NCBI GenBank assembly: GCA_009859145.1
Contig: VRVR01000043.1
Coordinates: 184,392 to 248,391, forward strand
Direction of reading: 5' to 3'
Origin: Andalucia godoyi And28
Taxonomy: Eukaryota; Protista; Jakobida
DNA: 64,000 nucleotides
In this document: positions 62,299 to 64,000 of the stretch, piece after piece
Layout: each line of letters begins with the position of its first letter
Numbering within the stretch: the stretch's first letter is position 1
Position numbers and translations under genes: made by a program
Notes under the pieces: generated by a model
Databases searched by the model: none
Told to the model about the DNA's origin: nothing
What the model saw: the letters and a program-made list of their open reading frames with translations, nothing else

Positions 62299-64000
62299 AT
62301 GACGGAAGTTTACACTGAGGATGACAAGCGAAAAGCGACGGAAGGAGTGAACAATCCTATTGTTGCTGAGCTACTTGAATCTAATGGGATTTCAAAAGAG
62401 TCGTTTGTTGCGGGGAAACGCAAGAAACACCTGGAGATGTTCATGTACAACTACCCCCGCATGAGTGGCTTGCAGTTCTTCGATGGGCTATCATCTTTAT
62501 CGATCATTCAACAAGACGTCGAAGTGATTGAGAACTTGAATCGATGTACACAGCTTGAAAAACTGTGGCTTTGCGAGTGTCGAATCAAGGCCATTCAAGG
62601 TTTGGATGGCTGCATCTCTCTCAAAGAGCTGTACTTATATTCCAATAACATTTCGAAAATCCAGAATCTTTCCAATCTCAAGCAACTGGAGGTTTTGTGG
62701 CTGAATGAGAACAGGATTTCCGTCATCGAGGGACTTGATTCCCTGCGTGCCCTGCGTGTCTTGTGGCTTTCCAAGAACCACATAAGTCAGATAGGGACGT
62801 CGCTGGACAACAATGAGAATCTGGAAGAGCTCGACTTGTCGTGTAATAATATTGGCAATTTCAAAGATGTACCGAACCTGCAGCGACTTGCAAGGCTGCG
62901 AACGGTGTTCTTCTCCAATCCGATCTTTGGTGATAATCCGATCTGCAAGCTGGGGAACTACCAAACGTTTACTCTGTATCATCTTCCGCAGATCTCAATG
63001 CTGGATGCCTGTCCAGTGTCTGAAGAGGCTCGTCACCTGGCAGATGCGACCTTTGTGAAGAAGAAAATGTACTACAATATGCGAATCAAGACGATGAAGA
63101 GGAATGCCGCCGTGGTGCAACGCTTGGTGTCTCAGAAGCGAACGCAGATTTCAAGTGAGATTTCGGCTTCTTTACATTCCTTGTTGCTGGAGAAGGCTTT
63201 CAGATTAAAGGACTATGTCGAGCTCAGAGGCCCCGCTGCACTGGGTGTCTTTTCCGCCGTTGAGAACTTGGATGACTTAGCCGATGTTGACGGCGATCCT
63301 TGCGAAGTGAAAGCTGATGATGCGGAGTCTGTTGCCGTCTTTAACACGATTGTTGCTGGAATTCGCTTTCGAACGCGTCAATTACGTGATTTGGATGCTT
63401 CCATCGAGTTTTTCAAAGAGCGTGTCGCGGAGGCATCTTCCTTGAATTATCACAGACTCATGGTGGAACTCGAATCGGGAGGAAACGTCCGACTCGAGGA
63501 AGGTCGACCGAAAGATATTTGGTTCACATCTTGTGTCGACTTGGTTCGATCTCGATTTTTCAGTTCCGACTACGCGGATCCGACGCTGGGAGTGCGCGGA
63601 ATCCGTGTGTCTCGTGTCTGCCGTATCCACAATCGCTTTCTTCGAAACCGATTTGAAGGCAAATTGGAGCAACTTGTCGACACCAGCGACATGTCGTACA
63701 AGAAGTCTTTAGAATATTTGTTTGTCGGTGAGAATCCAGCAGACCGGAATGAGCTGTTGAGGTTCGCTGAAGATGGCGTGGACGCCAGAAGTCCAGAAGA
63801 TGACAGCATCGTGCTGACAAATAGCGTCAGCCTTGCGGACTTTAGACGAGTTTCGTCTCGCAAGTTTTCTCGTCACAAAGAATTTCGTCTTGGCTCGCTT
63901 TTGATTTGCAAGGTTTACTCGGGAAGCAAATACGGAACCGAGGAAGTCCGGTTTTCCAATCCGTACTTGGCTTCGGCAGGACGACCCGATCGCCCGTTCT
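62299..64000 (+). CDS. LRRC9: LRRC9 (5' part; continues past the window end)
   Basis: Not in the ORF track because there is no stop in the window. Translation from ATG 62299: ...HLEMFMYNYPRM.GL..F..L..L.IIQQD...EKLWLCEC.I..IQGL...YLYSN.I.KIQNL...KKKMYYNMRIKT and GNVRLEEG....WF.SC.DLV.SRF, matching LRRC9. Confidence 0.92.
   Translation, partial: MTEVYTEDDKRKATEGVNNPIVAELLESNGISKESFVAGKRKKHLEMFMYNYPRMSGLQFFDGLSSLSIIQQDVEVIENLNRCTQLEKLWLCECRIKAIQGLDGCISLKELYLYSNNISKIQNLSNLKQLEVLWLNENRISVIEGLDSLRALRVLWLSKNHISQIGTSLDNNENLEELDLSCNNIGNFKDVPNLQRLARLRTVFFSNPIFGDNPICKLGNYQTFTLYHLPQISMLDACPVSEEARHLADATFVKKKMYYNMRIKTMKRNAAVVQRLVSQKRTQISSEISASLHSLLLEKAFRLKDYVELRGPAALGVFSAVENLDDLADVDGDPCEVKADDAESVAVFNTIVAGIRFRTRQLRDLDASIEFFKERVAEASSLNYHRLMVELESGGNVRLEEGRPKDIWFTSCVDLVRSRFFSSDYADPTLGVRGIRVSRVCRIHNRFLRNRFEGKLEQLVDTSDMSYKKSLEYLFVGENPADRNELLRFAEDGVDARSPEDDSIVLTNSVSLADFRRVSSRKFSRHKEFRLGSLLICKVYSGSKYGTEEVRFSNPYLASAGRPDRPF

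Overview
Gene-dense, intron-poor eukaryotic nuclear DNA, most likely from a flagellated protist. Evidence: spliceosomal GT-AG introns, cohesin loader, TORC2 subunit SIN1 and cilia-associated LRRC9/LRRIQ3-like genes. The lineage cannot be fixed from sequence alone. About 20 protein genes are separated by short AT- and microsatellite-rich spacers. They encode NIPBL/Scc2 with a PHD finger, a Q/H-rich putative transcription factor, a TMEM144-like transporter, a ~2100-aa Cys-rich surface protein (one frameshift inside a 99-bp tandem array), DBT, a BTB/BACK/F5-8 protein, PTGES2, a Dim1/TXNL4-like protein, RRP12, a spliced SERF gene absent from the ORF track, a 1924-aa membrane-anchored protein with a phage-tail-fibre-like tip, a WD40 protein, SETD6-like, a permuted papain-like secreted protein, XRCC2-like, SIN1, a CCR4/Angel-type EEP nuclease, an unknown TM protein, a kinesin-PH-SWIRM/HTH protein, LRRIQ3-like and 5' LRRC9 (runs off the window). 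The strongest novelty candidates are the type II membrane tail-fibre-like protein, a ~190-240 bp dispersed element present twice in divergent intergenic regions, and the kinesin with PH and SWIRM/HTH-like domains. Family assignments come from motif recognition by eye; no database search was run. No tRNA, rRNA, CRISPR array or transposase was recognised.
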